Source of the DNA: an uncultured Bacteroides sp. | Lineage (GTDB): Bacteria; Bacteroidota; Bacteroidia; Bacteroidales; Bacteroidaceae | DNA length: 64,000 nucleotides | Reading direction: 5' to 3' | NCBI GenBank assembly: GCA_944322275.1 | Contig: CALUOV010000001.1 | Coordinates: 34,779 to 98,778, forward strand | Part shown: one piece after another, positions 29,330 to 38,129 of the stretch | Layout: every line of letters begins with the position of its first letter | Position numbering within the stretch: the stretch's first letter is position 1 | Position numbers and translations under genes: made by a program | The notes under the pieces: model-generated | Databases searched by the model: none | Told to the model about the DNA's origin: nothing | The model's input: only the letters and a program-made list of their open reading frames with translations

Positions 29330-31175
29330 TTATTATTCAAACGGACAAACTTTTGGATACAAGAAAGGATTCCTCACAGATCACCATCTCCGCCCCCCGG
29401 AATACCACTTTCAGCAGATGCAGTTGCGTGTCGGCGCAAAGCCGTATGACCACCTTGTCTGCACTGTACTTCCTTAATTGCCCGTCCGCCTCCACACGCT
29501 TCGCTTCCACTTCCGCGTCCGTAGCTGTGGGGGTAACGTACTTCAGTTCCATGATGTAGCTGTGCGCCACGTCCGGGTAGCGCGCTTTGTCCGGCAACAT
29601 CAGAAAATCGCTGTAACCGTAGTTCAGTTCCGTTTCCGGTTCCACCAAGTAAAGGGAGTTCAAGGCCAGGTAAGCCTTGAAGAAGCCCTGCAGATTGTGT
29701 TCGCCCCGAATGCTGTCGCGGATGGAAGAGTTCGCCTTATAGGCTTCGGCAATGCGGCGGATCAGCGGCTGCCACTCACCCTCGTAGGTCATTGACACCA
29801 TTTCATCCTGAAAGGCGATAATATCCACTGGTACACTCCGGTTGAAGTAATCCCGCATGAATGACCAGTACTGTTCACGCACACAATGGTTGGGAATGAC
29901 CATTTGAATCAACTTGCCAACGCTTTTATGCATGGTCAGCAGTCCGTAGTAGTAAAGCAGGCTCCGGAAATTGTTGTCGTCCGTCACGTATTCGGCCGGG
30001 AAAGAAGTTTTCAAATCCATTGTCACCGTTCCCGTAGCCGCAATCTCCTCAATGACGCTCATACGGTTCTCCCGTTGGTTACCCCGATCGATGTCCGCCA
30101 ACATCTTCAGCTTCTTATAATCCGTGCGGATGTTCTTGTCAACCATTTCCTCCGGTGCACGACCATAGAGAACTTGGTGGCGCAAGTAATAGAACACCAT
30201 ATCGCAATTATAGATGCGGTTGTCATTCAAACACTGCTTGGCAAAGCAGTAATTGTTATACCACGGTTTCATTTCCTCCAGCATCGCCTCGATGTCAGCC
30301 TCCGCACGTAGCTTGCCGTTGTCCTGGAAATAGCGGAACATGGTGCGCACGTCACTTTCCGAGAAGCCTAGCATGTCATTGAAACGGGGGTCCTGAGAGA
30401 TGTTCCAGTCGATGTTGTATCCGCTCGACAGGTCATCCAAGGTCACGGGAGACACCCCGATGAGGAACACACGGCTGAACATCGCCTTGAAGATCTTGAA
30501 GTAATCGCGGTAGAAGCCGCTGGCGTGTGTCAGCCTGCGGAACACGTCCTTGCCCCGGTCGCTCAGGATTACGTTGGTAAAGTTGTCGTATTCGTCTATA
30601 ATCAGGTAAAGCGGGTAACCTTTCTTATGCGCCTGGAGACTGATACAATTCAGCTTGCCGCGAGTGTCCGGAGTCGATTTTACCTCATGCACGAAACCTT
30701 CATCATAATAGACGGCATAAATTTCGGCAAACACATTCAACACTTGTCCGCAATAGCGGTCGAAGTTCGTTTCCAACTCCTGCTCATCCCTGCCACCTAT
30801 CAAGGAAAAATCGAAGTAAATCACCTGAAACGAGTTCTTCAGCGGTGTGGGATGCTGCTGAATCCAAAGCCCGTCAAACAGACGGTCGAACCGGTCCGCC
30901 TGCGCGATGTCATAATAAGCCCGCATCATGCTCACGAACACGCTCTTTCCGAAGCGGCGCGGACGGATCAGAAACAAGTACTTGCCTGTATCTTCCAGCA
31001 AGGGCAGATACATGGTCTTGTCTACATAATAAAAATTCTCGTTCCGCACTTCCTCAAAACGCGCCACTCCGTAAGGGATACCTTTTACTGCTTCCATAAT
31101 TGTCATCGTTGAATCAAGCCATGACAAAAATAACACATATTATTCAAACTGACAAACTTTTGAATAAAAGAAAGG
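27564..31175. repeat. Tandem duplication with period 1807 bp (27564-29368 and 29371-31175)
   Basis: Direct comparison; shadow ORFs are also offset by exactly 1807 bp (27671/29478, 28079/29886, 28348/30155). Confidence 0.95.
29337..31136 (-). CDS. AAA-ATPase-like + PD-(D/E)XK protein, copy B (true start may be the ATG near 31097)
   Basis: Same motifs; identical to copy A except for an N-terminal patch and the last residues. Confidence 0.9.
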   Translation of the reverse strand: MLFLSWLDSTMTIMEAVKGIPYGVARFEEVRNENFYYVDKTMYLPLLEDTGKYLFLIRPRRFGKSVFVSMMRAYYDIAQADRFDRLFDGLWIQQHPTPLKNSFQVIYFDFSLIGGRDEQELETNFDRYCGQVLNVFAEIYAVYYDEGFVHEVKSTPDTRGKLNCISLQAHKKGYPLYLIIDEYDNFTNVILSDRGKDVFRRLTHASGFYRDYFKIFKAMFSRVFLIGVSPVTLDDLSSGYNIDWNISQDPRFNDMLGFSESDVRTMFRYFQDNGKLRAEADIEAMLEEMKPWYNNYCFAKQCLNDNRIYNCDMVFYYLRHQVLYGRAPEEMVDKNIRTDYKKLKMLADIDRGNQRENRMSVIEEIAATGTVTMDLKTSFPAEYVTDDNNFRSLLYYYGLLTMHKSVGKLIQMVIPNHCVREQYWSFMRDYFNRSVPVDIIAFQDEMVSMTYEGEWQPLIRRIAEAYKANSSIRDSIRGEHNLQGFFKAYLALNSLYLVEPETELNYGYSDFLMLPDKARYPDVAHSYIMELKYVTPTATDAEVEAKRVEADGQLRKYSADKVVIRLCADTQLHLLKVVFRGAEMVICEESFLVSKSLSV

Positions 31176-31217
31176 GAAGGGTAAATCAGGCATAGTCAGG
31201 CTTTCAACAGGGTGTTT

Positions 31218-31305
31218 CAGGTATCTTAGGTTCAAAGGCTAAGAATCTTAGCTTCGATGGCCAAGTATCCTATGATAAATGACCAAGTATCTTAAGATCC
31301 TCAAA
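31218..31305. repeat. Degenerate 22-bp tandem array, 4 units
   Basis: caggtatcttaggttcaaaggc / taagaatcttagcttcgatggc / caagtatcctatgataaatgac / caagtatcttaagatcctcaaa. Confidence 0.7.
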
Positions 31306-31330
31306 GTATGCATGCAACCTTTTGTCTGCA

Positions 31331-31437
31331 CAGGATGATCTCATTTGAAAAAGAGGACAATCATCCTATATTGAAAAGAAGATGATCTGTTTTTTAAAAG
31401 AAGTATATCCTCTTTGGGAAAGAAGAATATCTGCTCC
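31331..31437. repeat. Second degenerate ~22-bp tandem array, about 5 units
   Basis: caggatgatctcatttgaaaaa / gaggacaatcatcctatattgaaaa / gaagatgatctgttttttaaaa / gaagtatatcctctttgggaaa / gaagaatatctgctcc. Confidence 0.7.
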
Positions 31438-31451
31438 GGTGAGTACTATTA

Positions 31452-32900
31452 TTATTCTTCTTTCTTGGGTCTCTTATACAGCATCTGGATAATGGCATAT
31501 ACGTCTTTTCTGACTCGTAGCCGACATAAGAATACCAATGAAAGATATACCAAGGCAAACAGAATCACTTGAAGCGGGAAATATATGTGCAAAAGATTAC
31601 CTAACAGATATATAATGCCGCATGTGGACAGAGATACTGAAAACACAGGCAGAATATCTAAAAGCTGTTGCCAAAAGGAATAAGACACATATCTGGAAAC
31701 TAGAACTGCGTTAACCAGATAGATATTCAACTCGCTTACGACCATGCCACACAGGATACCGTACATACCCCAATGCATGCCCACTAACAGCAAGACTAAC
31801 AGCATTCCCCATTTATAAAAACTCCAGCCGAATAGCAGCCGGCTTTTTCCTAAAGCGGCAATCGCATAATAATTGATGTTTTGCAGACAGACAAATAAAC
31901 CACCTACACATAATAACTGAAAATAGGGTACAGATGCTTCCCACTTATCTCCATAAAGGAGTATAATGAGAGATGATGCCGTTTCGATGAGCAACATCAT
32001 TAGCGGAAATGTAATAAAAGAAATGACACGGACACTCATCCTTACCATTTCACGCAAGCGTTCGGTTTCCGTCTGAAATCTGGAATAAACGGGGAACATG
32101 ACTTGCACCAAGACGTTAGGCAAAGTATAATAAACGACATCACCCAGTTTTTTTGCTTGCGAGTACAACCCCATTTCCGTTGAAGAAAAGCGGCGGCCGA
32201 TAATAAGTCCTTGTAAGTTTTTACAGGTTTCTTGCAGGATATTAGAAAAAAGGATGTAACTGCCAAATCCAAACAGTGTCCGTAATGACTGAAAAGAAAA
32301 ACATAGAGAAGGATGCCAACGCGTATAAAGCCCATAAAATAAGACGGAAACGCCACTATATATCAGTTGTAAAAAGACCAGACTCCAGACGCCATATCCT
32401 TTAACCGCCATCGTAATGGCTATGAGCGCAGCAATGAAATAAGAAGAAACGTTTACTACTGCAATTTGCTTAAAAGCAAGCAGTTTTCGTAATCGGTTAT
32501 TCTGGATTGTCACCAATGAGTTGATAATCAAAACGATTCCCCATATCCTTAACACCTCGTTCAATATCGGCATTCGATAAAAAGCCGCTATATGAGGAGA
32601 AAAAAGGAACAAAAGTCCATATAAAGTAATGGAAAACAGGAGATTCACATAAAAAATAGTGGAATAATCGGTCTGAGTCGGTTCTTTCTTTTGTATTAAC
32701 GCACTTCCGAATCCGCCATCGATAATTGTCTGAGAAACAAGTATAAAAATGGTAAGCATGCCGATGCACCCGAAATCAGAAGGCATTAACAACCTTGCCA
32801 AAATCAGATTGGTCAAGAACTGGACAACCATCGAAATAAAACGGTCGGCTGTGGCCCACAGGGTTCCTGATATGACTTGCTTACCTAAACCTTCTCCCAC
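31452..32900 (-). CDS. wzx: Wzx-type oligosaccharide flippase
   Basis: ILARLLMPSDFG, DGGFGSALIQ, GYGVWSLV and about 12 TM helices (WzxC-like). Confidence 0.9.
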   Translation of the reverse strand: MGEGLGKQVISGTLWATADRFISMVVQFLTNLILARLLMPSDFGCIGMLTIFILVSQTIIDGGFGSALIQKKEPTQTDYSTIFYVNLLFSITLYGLLFLFSPHIAAFYRMPILNEVLRIWGIVLIINSLVTIQNNRLRKLLAFKQIAVVNVSSYFIAALIAITMAVKGYGVWSLVFLQLIYSGVSVLFYGLYTRWHPSLCFSFQSLRTLFGFGSYILFSNILQETCKNLQGLIIGRRFSSTEMGLYSQAKKLGDVVYYTLPNVLVQVMFPVYSRFQTETERLREMVRMSVRVISFITFPLMMLLIETASSLIILLYGDKWEASVPYFQLLCVGGLFVCLQNINYYAIAALGKSRLLFGWSFYKWGMLLVLLLVGMHWGMYGILCGMVVSELNIYLVNAVLVSRYVSYSFWQQLLDILPVFSVSLSTCGIIYLLGNLLHIYFPLQVILFALVYLSLVFLCRLRVRKDVYAIIQMLYKRPKKEE

Positions 32901-32941
32901 TTCTATTATTTATTGGTTATCACATTACTGTATACTTACTT

Positions 32942-33880
32942 CTACACCCAGAATTTCTGTTCTTCTACACTTTCTTCATGCTGCTGTCCGCTCAATATCA
33001 TCCTACCTATTTTCGATGCAAAGGCCACATCGTGCAAAGCGATACCTATATTATAAGCCAATATACGCTCTTCATCAGACTCACGTCCTTTGTTTTGGCC
33101 CAATAAAACATGCGAAAACTCATCGAACTGTTTGAAACGGTTGAAGTATTTAAACTCGCAAACGTGATTGCGGTCATCCGCAAACACTTTGTCGAAGAAA
33201 AGGTCGCAATTCTGAAAGCCTCTGGTATGCACTGGCACAACCAATACGCCCGGCAGGAAAGCCTCATCCGGCGCAAACAGTTCGTTGGCCACCGTCACGC
33301 AAGACACGACCACATCCGACTTTTGTATCAGTTCTACACATGAATCATAGACATGGAATGTTATGTTGGAATAGTCTTTAAAACGTTCTATAAACAAGTC
33401 TGCCTGGTCTTTATAACGTAGCAGATTGACATCAATAGGCGCATTGTTCAAAACCGCCGACAGACACAGCATCGTGGCACGTGCCGTATTACCCAGACCG
33501 ATAAATCCATAAGTATGCGCATTTTGCTTCTGCAAATATTGAATGGATAAGGCTGCCATAGCCCCTGTACGCATTGTCGTTATCCATAAGCCGTCCATTA
33601 AAGCCAACAGTTTTCCATTCTCGGTGTCGTATAACAACAAGTCGCTCTGTAAAGAAGGTTTCCGCTCAGGATAACGGGAAACGACTTTCACTCCTAAACG
33701 TTGCTCGGAAGGCAGATAAGCAGGCATGGTGTTCATAAAGATATCGCCCGGCAACTTGATGCTGATTTTAGGCGGAAGCACGCACTCGTACTTATGCACC
33801 AAGGCTTCTTTTACCCAATCGACACAACTGCCCGGTGTAATATTCAATTCTTTGATGGTCTTAAAATCAATATATTGCAT
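32942..33880 (-). CDS. Ornithine cyclodeaminase / mu-crystallin family NAD(P)-dependent enzyme
   Basis: GVKVVSRYP, ITTMRTGA, GFIGLGNTA Rossmann motif, GIALHDVA. Confidence 0.85.
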   Translation of the reverse strand: MQYIDFKTIKELNITPGSCVDWVKEALVHKYECVLPPKISIKLPGDIFMNTMPAYLPSEQRLGVKVVSRYPERKPSLQSDLLLYDTENGKLLALMDGLWITTMRTGAMAALSIQYLQKQNAHTYGFIGLGNTARATMLCLSAVLNNAPIDVNLLRYKDQADLFIERFKDYSNITFHVYDSCVELIQKSDVVVSCVTVANELFAPDEAFLPGVLVVPVHTRGFQNCDLFFDKVFADDRNHVCEFKYFNRFKQFDEFSHVLLGQNKGRESDEERILAYNIGIALHDVAFASKIGRMILSGQQHEESVEEQKFWV

Positions 33881-33891
33881 ATTCTTTTCAT

Positions 33892-35700
33892 TTATAGGAA
33901 AGAAGACAGTGCTTCTATCAATTTATTGTTGTCTTCCTGACCGCGCACCGCAATCCGGATATAGTTTTTTCCCTCGAACACTTTCTTGGCGCTGCAGTCT
34001 TTTATCAGTATATTCTTCCGCAAAAGACAGCGGGCCAATTCAGCGGAGGTATAAGGCGATTTTACTTCGCACAAAAAATAATTGGCCTGTGAAGGAATGA
34101 CCCGCAGGAAAGGCACTGATTGCAAGGCGGCAAAGAAACGGCTACGTTCCTGAATGAACTTTCCGCAAGCCCGCCGGTAATCATTCTCATACTTTCCGAA
34201 TATCTGCATGTAGAATTCCGCAAAAGAGTTGATATTCCAGATGGCTACGTCTTTCTTCATCCACCCAATCATCGCCTCATCACCTGAGGCCAATATGCCA
34301 AGGCGCAGACCGGGCACACCATACGACTTGGAGATGCTCTTCATTACCACCAGTTGTGGGTGGGCGCTCAAAATATCATTACGAAGTAAGGTGTTTTTAT
34401 CATATCCTTCGCTGAAGTCAACAAACGACTCGTCAACTACCAGACGGATGCCTTTCTCCTCCGCCCACGCCAACAGACGTAACACATCTTGGAAAGGAAT
34501 GAAATTTCCCGAAGGATTGTCGGGGTTTATCAACAACAAACACCGGATATCTTTGTCAGCAAAATAAGCCATCAAGTCATCTGCCGTATAGGCTAAATCG
34601 GGGTTTTGAGGAACGAATATCTCCAGACGATCTGCGTCATAGCGGTTGGGATATTCTTCAAACGTTGGAAGGATGACACCTACCCGACCTTGCAGATACT
34701 GCATCAATGACTTTATCAGCTCCGCCGCACCATTGCCAGCCACAGCATACTTACGGTCGATATGGAAATACTTGGCTATCAGCAGAGAATTGATACGCAT
34801 ACCCGAAGGATATTCGCTGAGCAATACATCAAAGTTGGCCCGTATCTCGTCTTTCAACTTTTGGGGCGGGAAGAAAGGATTGACCAGGTAACAGAAATCC
34901 AGCAGATTGGGAAAGCGCCAGTAGCCTCCATAACGTTTCTGATACAAGGGCAGCTGATTGTCTTCCGAGGCAAAAATAGTTTCAGCAATATCCAAGTCTT
35001 GAATGTCGTCTATCTCGTACCACTTTTCCCCTTCCAAAGGCAAGGCTTTCAGGTCGCATTTGTCCAGCAACGTGATGACACGCAATACCTGTTCGTAATA
35101 TTCGTTGTTGCCCAACGCACGGGTGTAGGCTTCCAAAAAAGGCACATAACTGTTTTTCAAGAAGTCGCGGCTGAATTTATAGATGTTTACCGTCTTGTAA
35201 TAGCTGTCCACCTCATCATAACGAAAGGCTTTCTTGGGCACAAAGTTCACGATGTTGTTATCCTCATCCAACTTCACCATCGTACCATCCATCCACGTCT
35301 CGTACTTGTCCACCAAAGCCAGGTTCGGATACGGATTGCTCACCAGTTTGTCCAACAACTGACCTTCGAATATCAAATCCGACTCGATGAGCAGCGTGTC
35401 ATCCTCCTGCAATTCCTTTTTGGCCAAAGAGAGTGAATAGATGTTGTTAGTCTTGTCGTAAACCGGATTTTCTATATAAGTTATCTTCAGCCCTTTGTAG
35501 CTGTCACCTACATGAGCGCGAAGTTTTTCTCCTTCGTAGCCTATCACCAATATGACCCTCGACAAGTCCAAACGCGAAAGTTGCGTCAAGGTCCTGTCAA
35601 TCAATGGCACATCGTTCACCTTCACCATGCATTTGGTATTGCTCCGCGTCAAGTCTCCTAAGCGTTTGCCCATGCCGGCCGCCAATATAATCGCTTGCAT
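33892..35700 (-). CDS. Fusion of a LicC/PntC-like cytidylyltransferase and a class I/II PLP enzyme (HisC/CobD-like)
   Basis: N-terminal ILAAGMGKRL, NNIYSL, ESDL, WYEIDD; C-terminal GNGAAELI, NPDNPSG, VVDESF, SISKSYGVPGLRLG (PLP lysine). Confidence 0.88.
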   Translation of the reverse strand: MQAIILAAGMGKRLGDLTRSNTKCMVKVNDVPLIDRTLTQLSRLDLSRVILVIGYEGEKLRAHVGDSYKGLKITYIENPVYDKTNNIYSLSLAKKELQEDDTLLIESDLIFEGQLLDKLVSNPYPNLALVDKYETWMDGTMVKLDEDNNIVNFVPKKAFRYDEVDSYYKTVNIYKFSRDFLKNSYVPFLEAYTRALGNNEYYEQVLRVITLLDKCDLKALPLEGEKWYEIDDIQDLDIAETIFASEDNQLPLYQKRYGGYWRFPNLLDFCYLVNPFFPPQKLKDEIRANFDVLLSEYPSGMRINSLLIAKYFHIDRKYAVAGNGAAELIKSLMQYLQGRVGVILPTFEEYPNRYDADRLEIFVPQNPDLAYTADDLMAYFADKDIRCLLLINPDNPSGNFIPFQDVLRLLAWAEEKGIRLVVDESFVDFSEGYDKNTLLRNDILSAHPQLVVMKSISKSYGVPGLRLGILASGDEAMIGWMKKDVAIWNINSFAEFYMQIFGKYENDYRRACGKFIQERSRFFAALQSVPFLRVIPSQANYFLCEVKSPYTSAELARCLLRKNILIKDCSAKKVFEGKNYIRIAVRGQEDNNKLIEALSSFL

Positions 35701-35735
35701 TTGCTATCTCATTAAATTGATTCTTATTCGACCTG

Positions 35736-35805
35736 CAAAGATAAGCATTTAAAATGTAAATCTCCGCTCGTTTTGCATGGACTTAAAGAAATAGTTGTAC
35801 CTTTG
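35736..35805. promoter_or_regulatory. Divergent promoter pair
   Basis: TATCTTTG on the minus strand (35736-35743) and TACCTTTG on the plus strand (35798-35805). Confidence 0.65.
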
Positions 35806-35824
35806 CCGCAAATCTTACGAAAAT

Positions 35825-36940
35825 ATGCATTCAAAATTCAATATGTTGCTTCGTGCCGGATTGTGGGGCACGCCTATAGACGCCTCTTTGTTCGGAACTG
35901 AAACGGATTGGACGGAATTGTACCGTCTGGCCAAGGCTCAAACCGTGACAGCTATTCTATTGGACGGCATCCAAACGTTGCCGGCAGAATGCCGTCCGCC
36001 ACGCGCTCTTTATCTGCAATGGTGCAGCGACCTGATGGTGATTGAGGAGAAAAACCATAAACTCAACCGAGAGCTGGCGAATGTGGTGGAAGTTGCCCGC
36101 CGGATAGGCGCTTGTCCCGTGTTGGTGAAAGGGCAGGGTGTCGCTCAATGTTATCGGGAACCGTTGCACAGGCAATCGGGCGACATAGACTTATACATCG
36201 GAGGTGAGAAGTTTGAGGAACTGAATAAAATCTTACGATCGGAAGCGACTTTTGAAGAGGAAGAGACATACAAACACACAACGATGACGTGGCACGATGT
36301 CACCATCGAGAATCATCATGTGCTTATCAGCCTCAGTTCTCCGTTTATGAACCGCAAATTGCAACGGCGAATCCGGCAGTGGCATGATAATCCGGCACTG
36401 CTGCGAACGGTCAGTGTAGAAGGATGTCAGGTGTACATGCCTCCTGTGGAATTTGATGTGGTTTACGTCTTGCTGCACGCGGTTCTTCATTTTCTGAATG
36501 AAGGCATCGGGATGCGTCATGTCTGCGACTGGATGTGCCTGCTCCACGCTTATGCCGGCAAGTTCGACAAGTCTCAAACGGCTGCACTGCTAAAGGAATT
36601 CGGACTGACCCGTGCCGCCCGTCTTTTCGGAGCAATTGCCGTAGAATATCTCGGTTTGCCGGCAAAGGATTTACCTTTAGCCTACCGGACTCAGGATCTA
36701 TCTGACGCCCAATGGCTATTGAGCACGATTTTGCAGGAAGGCAACTTCGGACGCTATGACACGCAACGGAAGAAACGTCCCAAAGGCTATTGGAGAAGCA
36801 AATGGTACACTTTGATGCGAGCCATAACCCGCTGCATCGAAATGAGACGGCTGTCACCCAACGAAGCGTTCTGGTATCCTATCGCACTGACACAACACTC
36901 CATACGTGCCCAATGGAAAAAACGGACGAAAGGAAGGTGA
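35825..36940 (+). CDS. NTP_transf_5-family nucleotidyltransferase
   Basis: LVKGQGVAQCY...RQSGDIDLY, IENH, HAVLHFL..GIGMRHVCDW; start moved to ATG 35825 because the ORF-track start (35795) abuts the -7 box. Confidence 0.85.
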   Translation: MHSKFNMLLRAGLWGTPIDASLFGTETDWTELYRLAKAQTVTAILLDGIQTLPAECRPPRALYLQWCSDLMVIEEKNHKLNRELANVVEVARRIGACPVLVKGQGVAQCYREPLHRQSGDIDLYIGGEKFEELNKILRSEATFEEEETYKHTTMTWHDVTIENHHVLISLSSPFMNRKLQRRIRQWHDNPALLRTVSVEGCQVYMPPVEFDVVYVLLHAVLHFLNEGIGMRHVCDWMCLLHAYAGKFDKSQTAALLKEFGLTRAARLFGAIAVEYLGLPAKDLPLAYRTQDLSDAQWLLSTILQEGNFGRYDTQRKKRPKGYWRSKWYTLMRAITRCIEMRRLSPNEAFWYPIALTQHSIRAQWKKRTKGR

Positions 36941-36948
36941 AGAACCAC

Positions 36949-38061
36949 TTACTGAGCCAACGGTTTCTTTCTCTTTTCTATCAGATAGTTCCACCGCAAA
37001 TGCAACCCTATCCATAGAATGACATCGGCTACCAGCAACAGAGAACTGTTGACTCCCCAACGAACCAAAAGAATATTCGAACCGCTGAACAGCAAAGCCA
37101 AAGCGAGCAGTATCATCATGGCTTGCTTGGGCGTATAGCCGATGGCCAGCAATTTATGGTGGATATGATTCCTGTCCGGCTCAAACAAGGGCTGATGACG
37201 GCGGAAACGTACCAACACAACACGCACCACATCGAAGGCCGGAATAATCAGTGTGCTGAAAACAATGAAGAAAGCATGGCGCGTATAGGGCGCCACTTCG
37301 GGATTGTTCTGACAATACTTGATGGCCAGGAAGCAAATGGTATATCCCAAGGTCAGGCTGCCCGTGTCTCCCATGAATATTTTACGCGCCCGGTCGGCAC
37401 TACCGAACACATTATAGAAGAAGAAGGGCACCAACACACCCAACATGGCAACAGCCAGCATGGAATAACTGCACATACCTTTCAGCATAAACAAAAGCGC
37501 CATGACCGCCAATGCCATACTGCTCAGTCCCGAGGCAAGTCCGTCAATGCCGTCTATCAAATTGATGGCATTGGTGATGAACACCACGACAAATACGGTA
37601 AGCGGCATGCCGATGTAGGCGGGAAGCTCATGAATGCCAAACAACCCGTACAAATCGTTTATCCAAAGATTGGACAAAGGGAAAAGACAGCCACAAAGTA
37701 TCTGTATGACAAATTTCTGCCGATAGCGCACACCTACCAAGTCATCGGCTATGCCGGTCAGGTAAAGCATCATCATGCCACATACATAGAGTAACATTTC
37801 CACAAGCAGATAGGAAGCATAGACAGGGGCTATCGAACTACCTACCAACAAGCGGACGGCATACACCAGACAATAAGCCACCAATGCGGCCGGATAGAAA
37901 GAAACACCGCCCAGACGAGGAATGGCACGTGTATGCACTTTGCGGGCGTCAGGAATGTCGTATAAACGTTTACGCACTGATATCAACAAGATTCGCGGTA
38001 TAATCAGCCGTGCGATTCCCACTGCTATCAGGAAAGTCAATATTACAAATAACAGATTCAC
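36949..38061 (-). CDS. wecA: MraY/WecA-family undecaprenyl-phosphate sugar-1-phosphate transferase
   Basis: RKVH..AIPRLGGV, GIADD, NAINLIDGIDGLA, IFMGDTGS, DRNHIHH; GTG start. Confidence 0.9.
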   Translation of the reverse strand: MNLLFVILTFLIAVGIARLIIPRILLISVRKRLYDIPDARKVHTRAIPRLGGVSFYPAALVAYCLVYAVRLLVGSSIAPVYASYLLVEMLLYVCGMMMLYLTGIADDLVGVRYRQKFVIQILCGCLFPLSNLWINDLYGLFGIHELPAYIGMPLTVFVVVFITNAINLIDGIDGLASGLSSMALAVMALLFMLKGMCSYSMLAVAMLGVLVPFFFYNVFGSADRARKIFMGDTGSLTLGYTICFLAIKYCQNNPEVAPYTRHAFFIVFSTLIIPAFDVVRVVLVRFRRHQPLFEPDRNHIHHKLLAIGYTPKQAMMILLALALLFSGSNILLVRWGVNSSLLLVADVILWIGLHLRWNYLIEKRKKPLAQ

Positions 38062-38129
38062 GTCAAGTAGGTTTTAATTTTTCTGAAGAACAGCCGCCGC
38101 ATAACGGAGTATGAATATTCAGATTTTCG

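Noticed and set aside
29162-31053. Diversity-generating retroelement template/variable repeat pair
   Set aside because: Substitutions are not confined to adenines, the variable patch is N-terminal, and no reverse transcriptase is in the window
31218-31437. Possible CRISPR array
   Set aside because: Units are contiguous, degenerate and lack unique spacers, and there are no cas genes; reported as tandem arrays instead
32942-35700. Phosphonate (PntC/AEP) or standard phosphocholine (lic) pathway
   Set aside because: No PEP mutase or phosphonopyruvate decarboxylase, the PLP domain looks class I/II rather than class V AEP transaminase, and no licA or licB is in the window
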